Under the pieces are notes generated by a model, which had not been told where the DNA came from, made no database searches, and saw only the letters and a list, made by a program, of their open reading frames with translations. This document shows positions 9,926 through 20,259 of a stretch of DNA of 64,000 bases, in pieces. Source of the DNA: an uncultured Gammaproteobacteria bacterium (GTDB lineage Bacteria; Patescibacteriota; Patescibacteriia; SG8-24); the NCBI GenBank assembly GCA_964486995.1, contig CAZAOV010000002.1, forward strand, positions 26,559 through 90,558. The letters are read 5' to 3'. Numbering within the stretch: position 1 is the stretch's first letter; each line of letters begins with the position of its first letter. The translations under genes and the position numbers were made by a program.

Positions 9926-11920
9926 TTACTTGCCTGGATTCTGGTACTTGTATGACTTCTTCATTGCCTTCCAGAATACGTCCTTATGCAGGCAGTGCTC
10001 TGGATTCGAACCGTCACAATCTTTGTTCTTGAGCAAGTTAGTGGGCTGTTCAAAAGTGTGATCATATGAATAGCGGTCAGGATCAGCGGTTAGGTTTTTA
10101 ACCACGGCCTTATGCGCCGCATCTACGTCACCACCGTGTCCGACCAGCTCTTCTTCCATCGCTTCGTTGTAAATTTTCACCAGTCCGCGGAACTCGGCTG
10201 ATTTAGCGTTACGCTTTACCTCATCGATGGCCTCGCCCAGAATCGCGGCAGTCGGACCAGCAGCTGAAGACTCAAACATGTCGCCGAACGTCTCCTCGAT
10301 AATTTTATTTTTTATCTCTTCGGAAATCTTGTCGCCCGCCTCACCCAAAACCTTATCAGTCACTTCCCAAAAATCTTGATCAGCCTTAGACAAACCCTGA
10401 TTAACCGCTTTTTGTCTCTCCAGCATCTTCTGGTAGAACCGCAGCTGCTGATCAAGCTTCTTTTCCTTGACGGTATCGTTCATACGCCAGAACTTCAGCT
10501 TGTCCACTAGCTCACCAGCTTGCTCGCCAATCCCCTTCTTCAAAATCTCCTTCGGTGTCATCTGCTCGATGTCGTACTCCGGGTTGTTGCGAATATTAAG
10601 CGCAGCTTTTATTTTCTCGTACTGTTCTTTGGTCATCTGCACCTCGCGCTCACGCAACTTGTTGTTGAGCTCGATTAGCTCTTTTTTGGTCTTGTCGTTA
10701 ATCTCGCCAGACACCCAATCGCCTATAATATCCTGATTCACCGGATCAGACAGCCGCTCATAACTTTCTTTATTGTATGGTGTCATCGTAGCAACCATAT
10801 CGTCGCGCATCTTTTCTAATCCGGACAGCTGCTTCTGTAGCCCCTCGTCAGCACCCTTCTCCAATTCTTTCTTGACCAGCTCAATCTGCTTATCGACATC
10901 CATTACTTTGGTCGGCGTAATCTTCGGACCGACTTTGTTGATGCACTGTTGCTTGGAAGTTCCGGTTAGCATCTGACACCCGGTTGCGTTCTCATTCTCC
11001 ACGGCAGTCGATAAAATGCATTCTTCTTTGCTGTAAGAACCAATACCCCCCTCGATGCGATCGCACGTCGACAGGTCACCGGTATTCTGCGCCACCATCA
11101 TGTAACACTTGTCACGCGGCGGATTGGAGCTAGTGTAACCCTCGGGCGGCTTGACCTTGTCGCACTTATCCGGATCACCCGATGCCACTGCCGCCTCTTG
11201 CGGGCAGTGCACCTCGTCCGTGCTGCCGATGCAGGCAAGCTCTTGTATCTGCGCCAATAGGCTACAGCCCGGCAAAAACACCAAGGCGGCCAGCAATACG
11301 GTCGCGAGCTTAGCTTCCTTCTTGTTGTTCCGCACCAACCGAATCAATGACGGCAACAGGAGCAGCACCACAACCAGCAATAAAGCAAACACCGACGCCA
11401 CCAACAACGGCCGACCAACAAACATAATCACGCCGATGGCAATGGCTGAATATCTATTCTCGAAATAAATCAATTCGACCGCAAACGCCAACCACACGCC
11501 ATAAACCAACAGCATCGCAATCGCATGAGTCCAAGCGATCTTCGCCACCTTTATCGCTTTGAGCAAGCCGAACAAAATCATCGAAACAACAAAAGACAGC
11601 AACCCCACAGCAAGCCCGGCCAACGCACCCCAGGATTCAGATATATTCATCATCCGGTCGATGGCATTTGAGCCAAAGTAGCGCAAGCTGGGCACTTCAT
11701 TGGTGGCTTGCAGATAATCAACCTGCAAATCCAACCGATACAAATAAAAATACGCTACGTACGCCGCGACGAAACCCAGAAAAACGACTAAATATTTTAG
11801 GAAATTTTTGACTTTCATAATATATAGATAAGCGATACTGACTGGAAGTATAGCATGAATTAAGGCAATCAAGGGCGACGTTACCCTAATCACGACAACA
11901 TGATTGACCGTCCCAATCAC
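9926..11920 (-). CDS. large polytopic membrane protein with a Cys-rich, coiled-coil extracytoplasmic domain, hypothetical
   Basis: About seven N-terminal TM helices, then a Cys-rich segment and a long charged coiled-coil region. Confidence 0.6.
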   Translation of the reverse strand: MIGTVNHVVVIRVTSPLIALIHAILPVSIAYLYIMKVKNFLKYLVVFLGFVAAYVAYFYLYRLDLQVDYLQATNEVPSLRYFGSNAIDRMMNISESWGALAGLAVGLLSFVVSMILFGLLKAIKVAKIAWTHAIAMLLVYGVWLAFAVELIYFENRYSAIAIGVIMFVGRPLLVASVFALLLVVVLLLLPSLIRLVRNNKKEAKLATVLLAALVFLPGCSLLAQIQELACIGSTDEVHCPQEAAVASGDPDKCDKVKPPEGYTSSNPPRDKCYMMVAQNTGDLSTCDRIEGGIGSYSKEECILSTAVENENATGCQMLTGTSKQQCINKVGPKITPTKVMDVDKQIELVKKELEKGADEGLQKQLSGLEKMRDDMVATMTPYNKESYERLSDPVNQDIIGDWVSGEINDKTKKELIELNNKLREREVQMTKEQYEKIKAALNIRNNPEYDIEQMTPKEILKKGIGEQAGELVDKLKFWRMNDTVKEKKLDQQLRFYQKMLERQKAVNQGLSKADQDFWEVTDKVLGEAGDKISEEIKNKIIEETFGDMFESSAAGPTAAILGEAIDEVKRNAKSAEFRGLVKIYNEAMEEELVGHGGDVDAAHKAVVKNLTADPDRYSYDHTFEQPTNLLKNKDCDGSNPEHCLHKDVFWKAMKKSYKYQNPGK

Positions 11921-11956
11921 AAAAAAAGCTGCACCAAATTTGGCGCAGCGTTAAAT

Positions 11957-12310
11957 TTAGCCGCTGGCGATAGTCCAGCTCCCCAGAATCACTCCGGCCA
12001 GCATGATGCCACAGCCAATATAGACCGATGCGGCCCAGGTCAAGCCGAGCAAAACAGCAACCGGCGCAGTGAGCGTAGCCACAACCGCGACCACTGCCAC
12101 GATAAACATGGCGATGATGCCGCTGTCGTTGCCGTTGGTGTTATCGATGAGGTGTCCGAGCAAGAACCAGAACAGTCCGGTCAAAACGCAGATTCCGCCC
12201 ATCACCAAAAACGCAGAATCAGCCCCGCTCGGAATCCAACCCTGATTAACGCACATGCCGGCAAGCATAACCAACATGCCAATCACCAAACCAGCGAAAA
12301 ACTTACCCAT
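11957..12310 (-). CDS. small multi-TM membrane protein (about 117 aa), hypothetical
   Basis: The internal start MGKFFAGL is preceded by the RBS aaggagggtgca. The ORF-track start at 12478 lacks an RBS. Confidence 0.5.
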   Translation of the reverse strand: MGKFFAGLVIGMLVMLAGMCVNQGWIPSGADSAFLVMGGICVLTGLFWFLLGHLIDNTNGNDSGIIAMFIVAVVAVVATLTAPVAVLLGLTWAASVYIGCGIMLAGVILGSWTIASG

Positions 12311-12471
12311 TGCACCCTCCTTTAGATAAACACGGACTAAATACGGCATGCGGCACTTAACGAGCCGGCAACATAAGGGTGAGGCAGCCGAAAGATTATT
12401 ATCTGGTTTGACTCCGAACAAATTCCACCATAAAGTTAACGAGTTCTTTAATTGAAAAAACGGAGGCAAAA

Positions 12472-12987
12472 ATGTCATCGTTCGGCCAGCAATTGTTTGA
12501 CGGTTACCTTCAGCGCAACAGCACCGTAAAAATACCGGAACATATCATGGATGCGATGCACGATTTTCTGGTGTATGTCGCCGGCCCCATGCTCGAAGAG
12601 TTCATCAGCGAGCCAGCCAAGCCGTACGCCTATGCTCGCAGCATGATTCGCTACATGGAAGAGATGTGTTCGGATGAAGGCTTGATTGACGTTTGCAACG
12701 AAGAAACGGGCCATGACTTTGACGCCGATGAAATGCGCGCATCTAGCGAGCTGCTGCACAACACGCTCCTGCAAGGCATGGAAATTCTGACTAGCCGGTG
12801 CGACGCGTCCGATGTGACCGACGAGTTGGACCTGCTGGGCATGTCCATCGGCGAGCTTATGGCTAACTGTAGAAAAATTCTGATTGTATCTAAAAGCGTC
12901 GTGGATTTGGCGCGACTGGAACAAGGATCGAATATCACTTTACGTGAAATCTGGCTGAATTACGACCCACCAATTACCCTAACCTGA
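12472..12987 (+). CDS. hypothetical acidic protein
   Basis: RBS ggagg upstream. A terminator follows at 12987-13017 (aaccccgcacttgcggggcttt). Confidence 0.5.
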   Translation: MSSFGQQLFDGYLQRNSTVKIPEHIMDAMHDFLVYVAGPMLEEFISEPAKPYAYARSMIRYMEEMCSDEGLIDVCNEETGHDFDADEMRASSELLHNTLLQGMEILTSRCDASDVTDELDLLGMSIGELMANCRKILIVSKSVVDLARLEQGSNITLREIWLNYDPPITLT

Positions 12988-13000
12988 AAAAACCCCGCAC

Positions 13001-15172
13001 TTGCGGGGCTTTATTTATCCCCTAATTATTGCTAATTCGCATATTAAAAATCATCTATCGCGGTTGCCAGAACAAATTACCGTTATACAATTAAACGAAC
13101 AACTTAACCATCCACATATGACCGTTGAACGACGCGACACCATCCCCCCACCCCTACCGGAAAGCTCTCGTAACAAGCTGCCGCACAATGAAGATGAAAC
13201 TGAGGAACTCTCCGATGAGGACATGTTGTCTGTTGAGGACCAGGATAACGCAACCAGAGTATTATCTGAAAAAGACATGATGCCCCTTGAGGAACAAACT
13301 CTTGAGGCTGACGTGAAATCGCCTGGAACGAAACGTTTTTCTCAGGCAGAACTCCTGGGTGTCGAAGAAACTGGCGAGGCTTTAAATGCGCACGCAGAAG
13401 AATTACATCGCGCCAAAACCAAATTATTGCCTAGAGATGAGGAAAATATTGAAATTGATGTAGATGCCGGGGACGAAAAAACTCCAATCATATCTCGCGA
13501 CAAGTTGGTTAAAGTTGGTTCAAAAGTATACGTCTTACCCAAAGAGCCGCACACCGTAATCGCGTCAGAAAAAGAGCACGGCGGAGAATCAAGCGTTGGG
13601 CTAAAAATAGAAGTTATAGCTACCCGCTTTGGCCACCTAAAAGCGGACAGACTATCCGACAACGAGAAATTTAATGACGAAATCAAGGATCTGACCGATT
13701 TTGTTGAGAGCAGCCAAGAAGCGGAAGACCAGATTAAAAAAATCATAGAGATTCAGTCCACTAACAGGGAGGGTGCGCCACTGCTCAGAACCGAGGCCGG
13801 CAAAATCGCCTTCGCACGCTTGGGTATTCAGCTTTTTGAGCGCGCCCCGCGCGGGTTCGCGGAAAAATTTGGCGTCGGACATCAAATGTTCACTCCGCGT
13901 CTGGAGAGAATTCAAATCGTGAAAGACCTGGCGCAAAAATCAGAAAAAGGTGAGGCGGAAGAAATCGAGGACCTGCTGGTGAACGGCATAATTCTACCCG
14001 ATGAGGTAATGGGTGTATTGCATGAATTAGACGAGGAAAACTCGGGTGAACTAGAGAAGAAGATTATGGACGCAGAAGTCGGTCCACTCGCCGAAGTTAA
14101 AGAACGAATCGAATTCATAAAAGGGTATGAACGCATTCGAGAACGGCTGTCCGAGGCTGTAGCAGAGGAAATGCCGGAGTTGGCGGGATTCGAGGCAGAC
14201 CGGAAAGAAAACGAGCGACTGCTGAACCAAAAAACAATCAAGACCACAGCCATCGGCACCGGCATATCCGCACCGCAGTATTTGCGCACTTACGGTTTGA
14301 ACAGTGTCTATAAGCCGGCGTTGCATGAACCAGGCAACGAGAACGGCGATGGTACCGGCGGCATCCATTTTAGACTCAGCCTGCGGCGGGATGAATCCCT
14401 AGGTAGCGAAGTGATGGCCGGAATTGTCGGCATGCTGTCCGGCATGAAGCGCGTGCCAGAGACAATCCTGGCTAACGGACCTGGAGGTGTCGGTATTAGG
14501 CAGAAATGGGTGAGCGGAAAGCCAGCATCGCGAATGTTCCCCCACTGGGCCGAGCCGGATGGAATTCGTGACAATTTCCGAGACGACATGGAAGACGTAG
14601 TCGCACTGGATATTCAAATCAATAACTCTGATCGGCACCTAAACAACTTGAATGTGGATATCGAAAAGCAACAGGTCCTGCCGTTTGATCACGCGCTGTC
14701 GCAAGTCGACCAGAACATGAACCCTAAAGATGCGCTGGCTGACTTTTGCGCGGAAAATAACCGTACTGTCGATACCCTAACCGAAGAAGAACGAAAAAAA
14801 TATTTGAGCGCTATCCGCAACCGACTCAGAAATGACGATGTAATGTGTGTCCCGCAATACCTCATCGAAGGCGACGAAATCAATCCAGACCTAGCCAAAA
14901 GACTGGCGCGAGTCAAAGAGGTTATCGAAAGCAACGGAAAGGTGTCGGCGGCCGTACGCGATATGTACCGCCACTTCTACAAAGAAAAGGGTAAAGGCGA
15001 CCGGCTGATGGAAAATTGGCAACAGCGGCTTGGGGATCTAGTGCAGAACGGTAAATTCCCCGGCGTTTCACCTATATTTAAAGTCACTCGTGAAGCGGCA
15101 ATAGTGAGAAGAATCGCCAAGCTGAAAGGAATGCGGGAACAAGGTGCCACGATTGACAAACCTGTTAATTAA
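13001..15172 (+). CDS. large hypothetical protein with a C-terminal PI3/PI4-kinase/HipA-like kinase-fold motif
   Basis: Acidic, proline-rich, probably disordered N-terminal half. The C-terminal region carries ALDIQINNSDRHLNNLNV (D-x-H-x-x-N catalytic-loop-like) followed by LPFDHA (DFG-like). Confidence 0.5.
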   Translation: MRGFIYPLIIANSHIKNHLSRLPEQITVIQLNEQLNHPHMTVERRDTIPPPLPESSRNKLPHNEDETEELSDEDMLSVEDQDNATRVLSEKDMMPLEEQTLEADVKSPGTKRFSQAELLGVEETGEALNAHAEELHRAKTKLLPRDEENIEIDVDAGDEKTPIISRDKLVKVGSKVYVLPKEPHTVIASEKEHGGESSVGLKIEVIATRFGHLKADRLSDNEKFNDEIKDLTDFVESSQEAEDQIKKIIEIQSTNREGAPLLRTEAGKIAFARLGIQLFERAPRGFAEKFGVGHQMFTPRLERIQIVKDLAQKSEKGEAEEIEDLLVNGIILPDEVMGVLHELDEENSGELEKKIMDAEVGPLAEVKERIEFIKGYERIRERLSEAVAEEMPELAGFEADRKENERLLNQKTIKTTAIGTGISAPQYLRTYGLNSVYKPALHEPGNENGDGTGGIHFRLSLRRDESLGSEVMAGIVGMLSGMKRVPETILANGPGGVGIRQKWVSGKPASRMFPHWAEPDGIRDNFRDDMEDVVALDIQINNSDRHLNNLNVDIEKQQVLPFDHALSQVDQNMNPKDALADFCAENNRTVDTLTEEERKKYLSAIRNRLRNDDVMCVPQYLIEGDEINPDLAKRLARVKEVIESNGKVSAAVRDMYRHFYKEKGKGDRLMENWQQRLGDLVQNGKFPGVSPIFKVTREAAIVRRIAKLKGMREQGATIDKPVN

Positions 15173-15218
15173 TGATATGATGCCCTGTTCATTTCTTGGG
15201 GCTCAAAAGGATAAACCT

Positions 15219-15464
15219 ATGAAATACGTTGAAATCACGGAGTTCAATCCAGAGACGGAAAAAAATGAACCGTACGCGAAAGCGGTTCTGAACGAGGATG
15301 GTACAATCGCTTTCGAAGGCGAACCCGATATCTTCCCGGATGAAATCGTTGTTCCCGGTCGGGAACAACCGGTCACCACCGCTGATGGCGTCGAGTATCT
15401 GAACGCCCTAGAGCACGAATTCAATTCACCGGGGGCAATGGCTACCGGCATCATCGAAGGCTAA
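15219..15464 (+). CDS. hypothetical small protein
   Basis: An internal start MKYVEITEF with the aaagga RBS is preferred over the ORF-track start at 15144. A terminator follows at 15478-15512. Confidence 0.4.
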   Translation: MKYVEITEFNPETEKNEPYAKAVLNEDGTIAFEGEPDIFPDEIVVPGREQPVTTADGVEYLNALEHEFNSPGAMATGIIEG

Positions 15465-15730
15465 CGTGCGGAAATAAAAAACGAGCTGCCTGTTGGGTAG
15501 CTCTTCTTTTTTCGACCAAGCTGCTTTTGCGAATTTTTTGTGCCTGTCCTCGGTGACTGGTCGATTTTCAGATAGCCCGGTCCGCGATTGACGAAAATTT
15601 CGGCAATGATGTCCAACCAGCTTCCATCAGTGAATTCGACTCGGCTTCCCCTGATGCCGCTCAATTCCTTGTCGGAATATACCTCCCGCCCCAACAACGT
15701 CAGCACACCATTTACAAGCTCGGCTGTCAT
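15461..15730 (-). CDS. hypothetical small protein
   Basis: Strong RBS ggaggaggaata before the ATG. The 3' end reads through the convergent terminator hairpin. Confidence 0.45.
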   Translation of the reverse strand: MTAELVNGVLTLLGREVYSDKELSGIRGSRVEFTDGSWLDIIAEIFVNRGPGYLKIDQSPRTGTKNSQKQLGRKKKSYPTGSSFFISAR

Positions 15731-15933
15731 TATTCCTCCTCCGCCAAAGTCAATTGACCGGTGACCTTAACTCAATTAGTTTTGAGTATTAATAACGCGA
15801 TGGCGATTTTTTTAAATTAGACAATGATCAGCGAATATGCGAATAGGCAGAGGCAAACCCCCGACATAAGACTGGGGCAGGATCTACAGCTACTTAACAA
15901 AAAAACGCGCCCGATAAAAAGCGCGTTAACTGC

Positions 15934-16605
15934 TCATTCGCTGCAATCGCAACAACAATCATAGATGAGGCAAAAAGCGTCCAGGTCCGCATCAGTTAGA
16001 TATTCAACGCCCTGATAGATATTCGGCCCAACGGAATTCATCACCGCCGGTCTATGATTAATGTGCAGCAGTCCGACCATATGCCCCAGCTCGTGCAGCG
16101 TCGTGTTATGAACCATGCCGTAATTCATATTATCGACATACCAATCAACATGAAACGCTTCGATTTCCCCCTCGGCAATCTGTCGGCTATATTCTTCGCG
16201 TAAATTCGCGAAGTGATCATCCAACTTATACATCACCAGGAAGGCGTCGCCCAATGGGCTGTAGCCGCCGACACCGCCGCTGTCGGAGTACAAATCCTGA
16301 AGATACTGCTCGTCCGGAACCGGCTCGCTGATGCGATAGATGCTATGACGGCCGTCTTCGTAGTCGTGCTCGTTGAATGTGTCGTCGTGTGTGCCAACGA
16401 TAACGAAAATCTCGTTGCCGTAGGCGTAACGCGCACCAGCCCAAAGATTCCAGTGAGCGACCACATCCGCAATCGCCTCCTGCTCCAATTCGCTGAAATC
16501 TTCATCGACGTAAAGCTCGACGGGCAAATCTTGATAATCAGTACAGCCCGAGACTGCTGGCGTCAACAGCGCTACAGCTAGAACGAATAACCAACACCGA
16601 CCCAT
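15934..16605 (-). CDS. secreted metzincin-type zinc metalloprotease lipoprotein
   Basis: Lipobox VSGC after the signal peptide. HELGHMVGLLH matches the HExxHxxGxxH metzincin motif. Cys-rich C-terminal tail CCCDCSE. Confidence 0.7.
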   Translation of the reverse strand: MGRCWLFVLAVALLTPAVSGCTDYQDLPVELYVDEDFSELEQEAIADVVAHWNLWAGARYAYGNEIFVIVGTHDDTFNEHDYEDGRHSIYRISEPVPDEQYLQDLYSDSGGVGGYSPLGDAFLVMYKLDDHFANLREEYSRQIAEGEIEAFHVDWYVDNMNYGMVHNTTLHELGHMVGLLHINHRPAVMNSVGPNIYQGVEYLTDADLDAFCLIYDCCCDCSE

Positions 16606-17135
16606 GTCTGCACTCCTGCTGCTGCGTTCGCATAGATTCGCCGGGCAAAATCACCGTACCAACCGATGGTTTTAGTCGGTTCTGGCAGGAACATTCGGCA
16701 ATCCACAGTGAGCCACCATCGGTCAGCGAATTGCCACTCCACGCCCAAGCCAAAGGTAATGTCCACCGCGCGTTCCACATCAGGTCGCACGATACGCAAC
16801 TCTTGATCCCAAGAGTAAAACACCCCGGGGTCGAGCAGGTGCACTCGAACGCGATCACTGCGATACACGTCCAAAAGCAAATTGGCACCGACGCCCCAAG
16901 GAGCATAGAAACCGAATTCCAATCCGAGCGGAGTTTCCGGAATACGACGCAAGCGCGCCACCATCAACAGACCGCCACGATTGGGGTATCCCCCACCGAC
17001 CGCACCGACCAACAGCAGATCAATCGCTTCTGCTTCTGGCGTATCGCCCTCGGCCTGAGCGAAAGAGTCATCGGGCACCGACAGAATCAGGGCAGCTAGA
17101 ACCGCGGCGACTGCCATATCGAGCCGTTTAGTCAC
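16578..17135 (-). CDS. secreted protein with alternating-hydrophobic beta-strand pattern and a C-terminal aromatic residue (possible small outer-membrane beta-barrel)
   Basis: Signal peptide ending AQA. Amphipathic strands run to a terminal ...VGVGYSF. Overlaps the start of the metalloprotease gene by 28 nt. Confidence 0.4.
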   Translation of the reverse strand: MTKRLDMAVAAVLAALILSVPDDSFAQAEGDTPEAEAIDLLLVGAVGGGYPNRGGLLMVARLRRIPETPLGLEFGFYAPWGVGANLLLDVYRSDRVRVHLLDPGVFYSWDQELRIVRPDVERAVDITFGLGVEWQFADRWWLTVDCRMFLPEPTKTIGWYGDFARRIYANAAAGVQTWVGVGYSF

Positions 17136-17355
17136 TTGAACCCCTCTCTATTTAAAGGCCTATTCGCACCTCAGCAATATTAGGCTTAATTGTCAATAAG
17201 CGGATAGTCTCCGGCGCAAGCTAATTTTTGAGAATCGTTTTCAGAAAGTTGAGTTGCATGTTGAGGGTTGCAAAAAATATATATTCACGAGCGGTTTGCA
17301 GCTGGAGGCATGGAATTCTTGACACTCCGCCACGACAACCTAAGATGAAAAACAG

Positions 17356-17895
17356 GTGACCAAAATGAATCGCTCAATTAAAAAAGCCGTATGGCAAGCC
17401 GTTCTTCGCGAAAAAATTGGCGAGTGCATGCGCCCGGAAATCAAACGAACTTTCGCTCGCTTCATCCTGAAGCTTTATCTGCCAGCCGTAGAACCAATGT
17501 GGAATGAACCGGCCACTTTCGGCTACATCATCAAGGCCACGCATCTGTATCATCGTCTGATGCGCGACAGCGGCGTGCTGCAAGAGTTCACTAACAAGTA
17601 CACCGGCTCACCGATCGGCGAGACCAAGAAAACGCACTTGGAATGCCTGGCTAGAATTGCCGACGACAACGTGCGGATTTTGGAGCTGGCGCTGGATGAC
17701 CCGGCCGGCTACCTAACCTCTCGCAACATGAGCGAACGTGATGCCCTGGAAGAATTTCGTGTGGTCGGCCAGGATGCGGACGATGCGCTGTCCGGCAACC
17801 TCACCATCGGCAAAATGCTCATGACCAGACCACAAATTATCTTGACTACTTTCTGGTCATTCTTCACCTTCGGTTCGCGTATGAAACCGTTTTAA
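17356..17895 (+). CDS. hypothetical protein
   Basis: 179-aa ORF followed by a terminator hairpin at 17896-17934. Confidence 0.5.
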   Translation: MTKMNRSIKKAVWQAVLREKIGECMRPEIKRTFARFILKLYLPAVEPMWNEPATFGYIIKATHLYHRLMRDSGVLQEFTNKYTGSPIGETKKTHLECLARIADDNVRILELALDDPAGYLTSRNMSERDALEEFRVVGQDADDALSGNLTIGKMLMTRPQIILTTFWSFFTFGSRMKPF

Positions 17896-17913
17896 AAAAC
17901 ACCGCTCGGATAA

Positions 17914-18099
17914 TTATACCGAGCGGTTTTTGCTACTCAAGAAGGGGCTTGAGCGCTTTGACCAGGACGGCTGCGGCTGTACCAGAAACCTAGTCGGCAC
18001 CCCAATTACATCGGCATCCAAGTCGAGGCGACGACAAGCCTCTTGCACCGCATCGAGCTTCAATTCGCTCATGCTGCCGACGGCGATTTGTAGAGTCAT
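17914..18099 (-). pseudogene. possible N-terminal remnant of a Maf/Ham1/YjjX-like NTP pyrophosphatase
   Basis: MTLQIAVGSMSELKLDAVQEA...VIGVP resembles the N-terminus of YjjX-type ITPase/XTPase. The ORF stops after 61 aa and cannot extend without overlapping the neighbouring gene. Confidence 0.2.
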
Positions 18100-18221
18100 G
18101 ACCTCTCCTTATCCATCAAATAACGATAAAATATAACGTTTTCTGCTGCCCGTGTCAAGCTTGAAGATGTGACCATAACTTAAAAATACGGTAAAATACA
18201 GGGACAATAAACAACAGTTCT

Positions 18222-19295
18222 ATGCCCACACACATTTTACTCGGTGCGGCGGTGGCGGCTGCGGCCCTGGCCATGATCACCACGGCGGTTGCACTAATTG
18301 TTACCAAGAAAAAACCCGGACAGGCTCCACCGACCATGGCGTTCTTCCCGTTGGTGGCGGCAATATTGGGTATAGTTTTCATTTTGGCTCTACTGCTCAA
18401 CATGAACGAATTCTGCCGAATGCCCAAACAGTCAACCGTTACCGATTCTGCCCAATCGGCATCACCACAACCCAGAATTATACTGCCAGACAAGCGCCCA
18501 CCGGCGCAGGTTTGCGATAAACGCGAGACTTCGAAAGTTGATAGCGGGCGCTACATTATCAGTAAAGACATCTGCATTACCGGATTCAAAAAAGTTGATG
18601 AACAAATTGTCGCGGAAATCGAACGTCAGGAAGAACGGTTTCGGCGAGACATTCAGGCGCCGGAACTCATGCCGCTCAGCAATAAGTTCGTACTGAACCT
18701 GAGCACCGATGAATCAACCTTTGGCCGAATACCTGAGATACAAAGCGTCAAACTTAACATTGACCGTAGCGTCAATGGTGCCCATCCCAGTCTTGAACTG
18801 CGCAGCTGGACCTTCGACCGATTGGCTGATCGCGTGTTAGATTTTGACTTGATGTTCCAGCCGAAAAGCAACCCTAAGTCGAAATTATTCTCATTCGCGA
18901 AAAAACAACTAACCGATACCGAATTTGCGGAAAACAACAGCTGGGATTTTGACAACTTTATGTTTGACGGCAATGAACTGATTTTCTATTTTGCGCCGGG
19001 CGAACTGGCACCGCATGCAGCTGGCATTCAGACCATTGTAATTCCGCTTACCGAAATACAATCGATTTTACGTCCGCCGTTTCTGAATCTTGAGCCAGAC
19101 CCGAAATCAAACGTTTCCGCTCCCTGCGAGGCGGAGGGCGGAAATTGGCTGGCTGAATACGAGGAGTGCGAATATATCGGACGCGACTGGTGCGAACAGC
19201 AGGGCGGAAAATTTCTAGAATGCGAATCGGCCTGTCGGCACGATCCGAATGTCGCGGTTTGCACTATGCAGTGTGTACCCGTTTGTCAGCTGTAG
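18222..19295 (+). CDS. membrane protein with a Cys-rich C-terminal domain, hypothetical
   Basis: Two N-terminal TM helices. The C-terminus carries 10 Cys in 55 aa (CEAEGGNWLAEYEECEY...CVPVCQL). A terminator follows at 19311-19340. Confidence 0.55.
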   Translation: MPTHILLGAAVAAAALAMITTAVALIVTKKKPGQAPPTMAFFPLVAAILGIVFILALLLNMNEFCRMPKQSTVTDSAQSASPQPRIILPDKRPPAQVCDKRETSKVDSGRYIISKDICITGFKKVDEQIVAEIERQEERFRRDIQAPELMPLSNKFVLNLSTDESTFGRIPEIQSVKLNIDRSVNGAHPSLELRSWTFDRLADRVLDFDLMFQPKSNPKSKLFSFAKKQLTDTEFAENNSWDFDNFMFDGNELIFYFAPGELAPHAAGIQTIVIPLTEIQSILRPPFLNLEPDPKSNVSAPCEAEGGNWLAEYEECEYIGRDWCEQQGGKFLECESACRHDPNVAVCTMQCVPVCQL

Positions 19296-19545
19296 CCATT
19301 TAGACCTCCATCCCACCCCCGCTACATGGGGGTGTTTTTATATGTAATGCAAAAATAATGTCGCATCGCCTGCAGGGATTTTGGGGAACCGGAAATATGG
19401 AAACTCTTATCGTCTCTCTCCCCCTGTAGGGGTGCGGGTCTTGGCTCCGAGCGCCTGCTGAAAATTACCAAGAAAGAGGCACTCGATGACAGGCCACCCT
19501 CAACGAGCACAAAAAAACGACCACAAAAAGCGGTCGTTAAATAAC

Positions 19546-20085
19546 CTATCGCACAGGCCGGCAGTGACCACCCTCTCTTAGCGCCAGCGCATCAGCGAAC
19601 GCCTGAATCCCGTCATAATCCGGCCAATTCACATACACATACGCCGGCTCGTCGGTGTCGTCCATATATGAACGATAATCCGTTTCGGAATCATACGCCT
19701 CGTTTGGCCTACCCGTGTAGCCAAGCCGACAAACCACCGGCAATTCACGGTCCAACATATGATATGTAAGACCCCACTGCACCGAACCGTCATCATCCCA
19801 CACGGTAATAAAAGCCGAGTCACTCATCGAGCGAAAGGCGATATAGTTATGTTGAATCTGGGTCACACGCCAACCCGGTGAAACGCGAAATCGCACATAC
19901 AATCCATCAGTTGGCAAACGCTCAAAAAGTTCGTTTGCCTCAAGCGTGTGTGATGCGCAACCGCCGCCAGCTTGAAGCGGTTCCGCGGCGACGGTGCGGC
20001 AAGACTGTTCGCGTTGAGCTGACTGATTCGTAATCGCACAGCTAGACAGCATGAGCACGGCGACCACAAAGATAAAAGAACGCAT
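19546..20085 (-). CDS. lipoprotein, hypothetical
   Basis: Strong RBS aggagg. Signal peptide with lipobox LSSC. Confidence 0.55.
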   Translation of the reverse strand: MRSFIFVVAVLMLSSCAITNQSAQREQSCRTVAAEPLQAGGGCASHTLEANELFERLPTDGLYVRFRVSPGWRVTQIQHNYIAFRSMSDSAFITVWDDDGSVQWGLTYHMLDRELPVVCRLGYTGRPNEAYDSETDYRSYMDDTDEPAYVYVNWPDYDGIQAFADALALREGGHCRPVR

Positions 20086-20259
20086 TTTTACCTCCTAGGA
20101 GTACTACCCTACTCCAACCACGTTCGGTTTACAAGGTGGGTGTATACTACTATATTTAGCGGCTCATTATGGCGAAAGGAACAGTTGATGAATGGTCAGA
20201 TAATACTCGCTGCCGTAATGCGTAACCCGATATTCAGGGTCACGGCCAATGCTGCGTAG

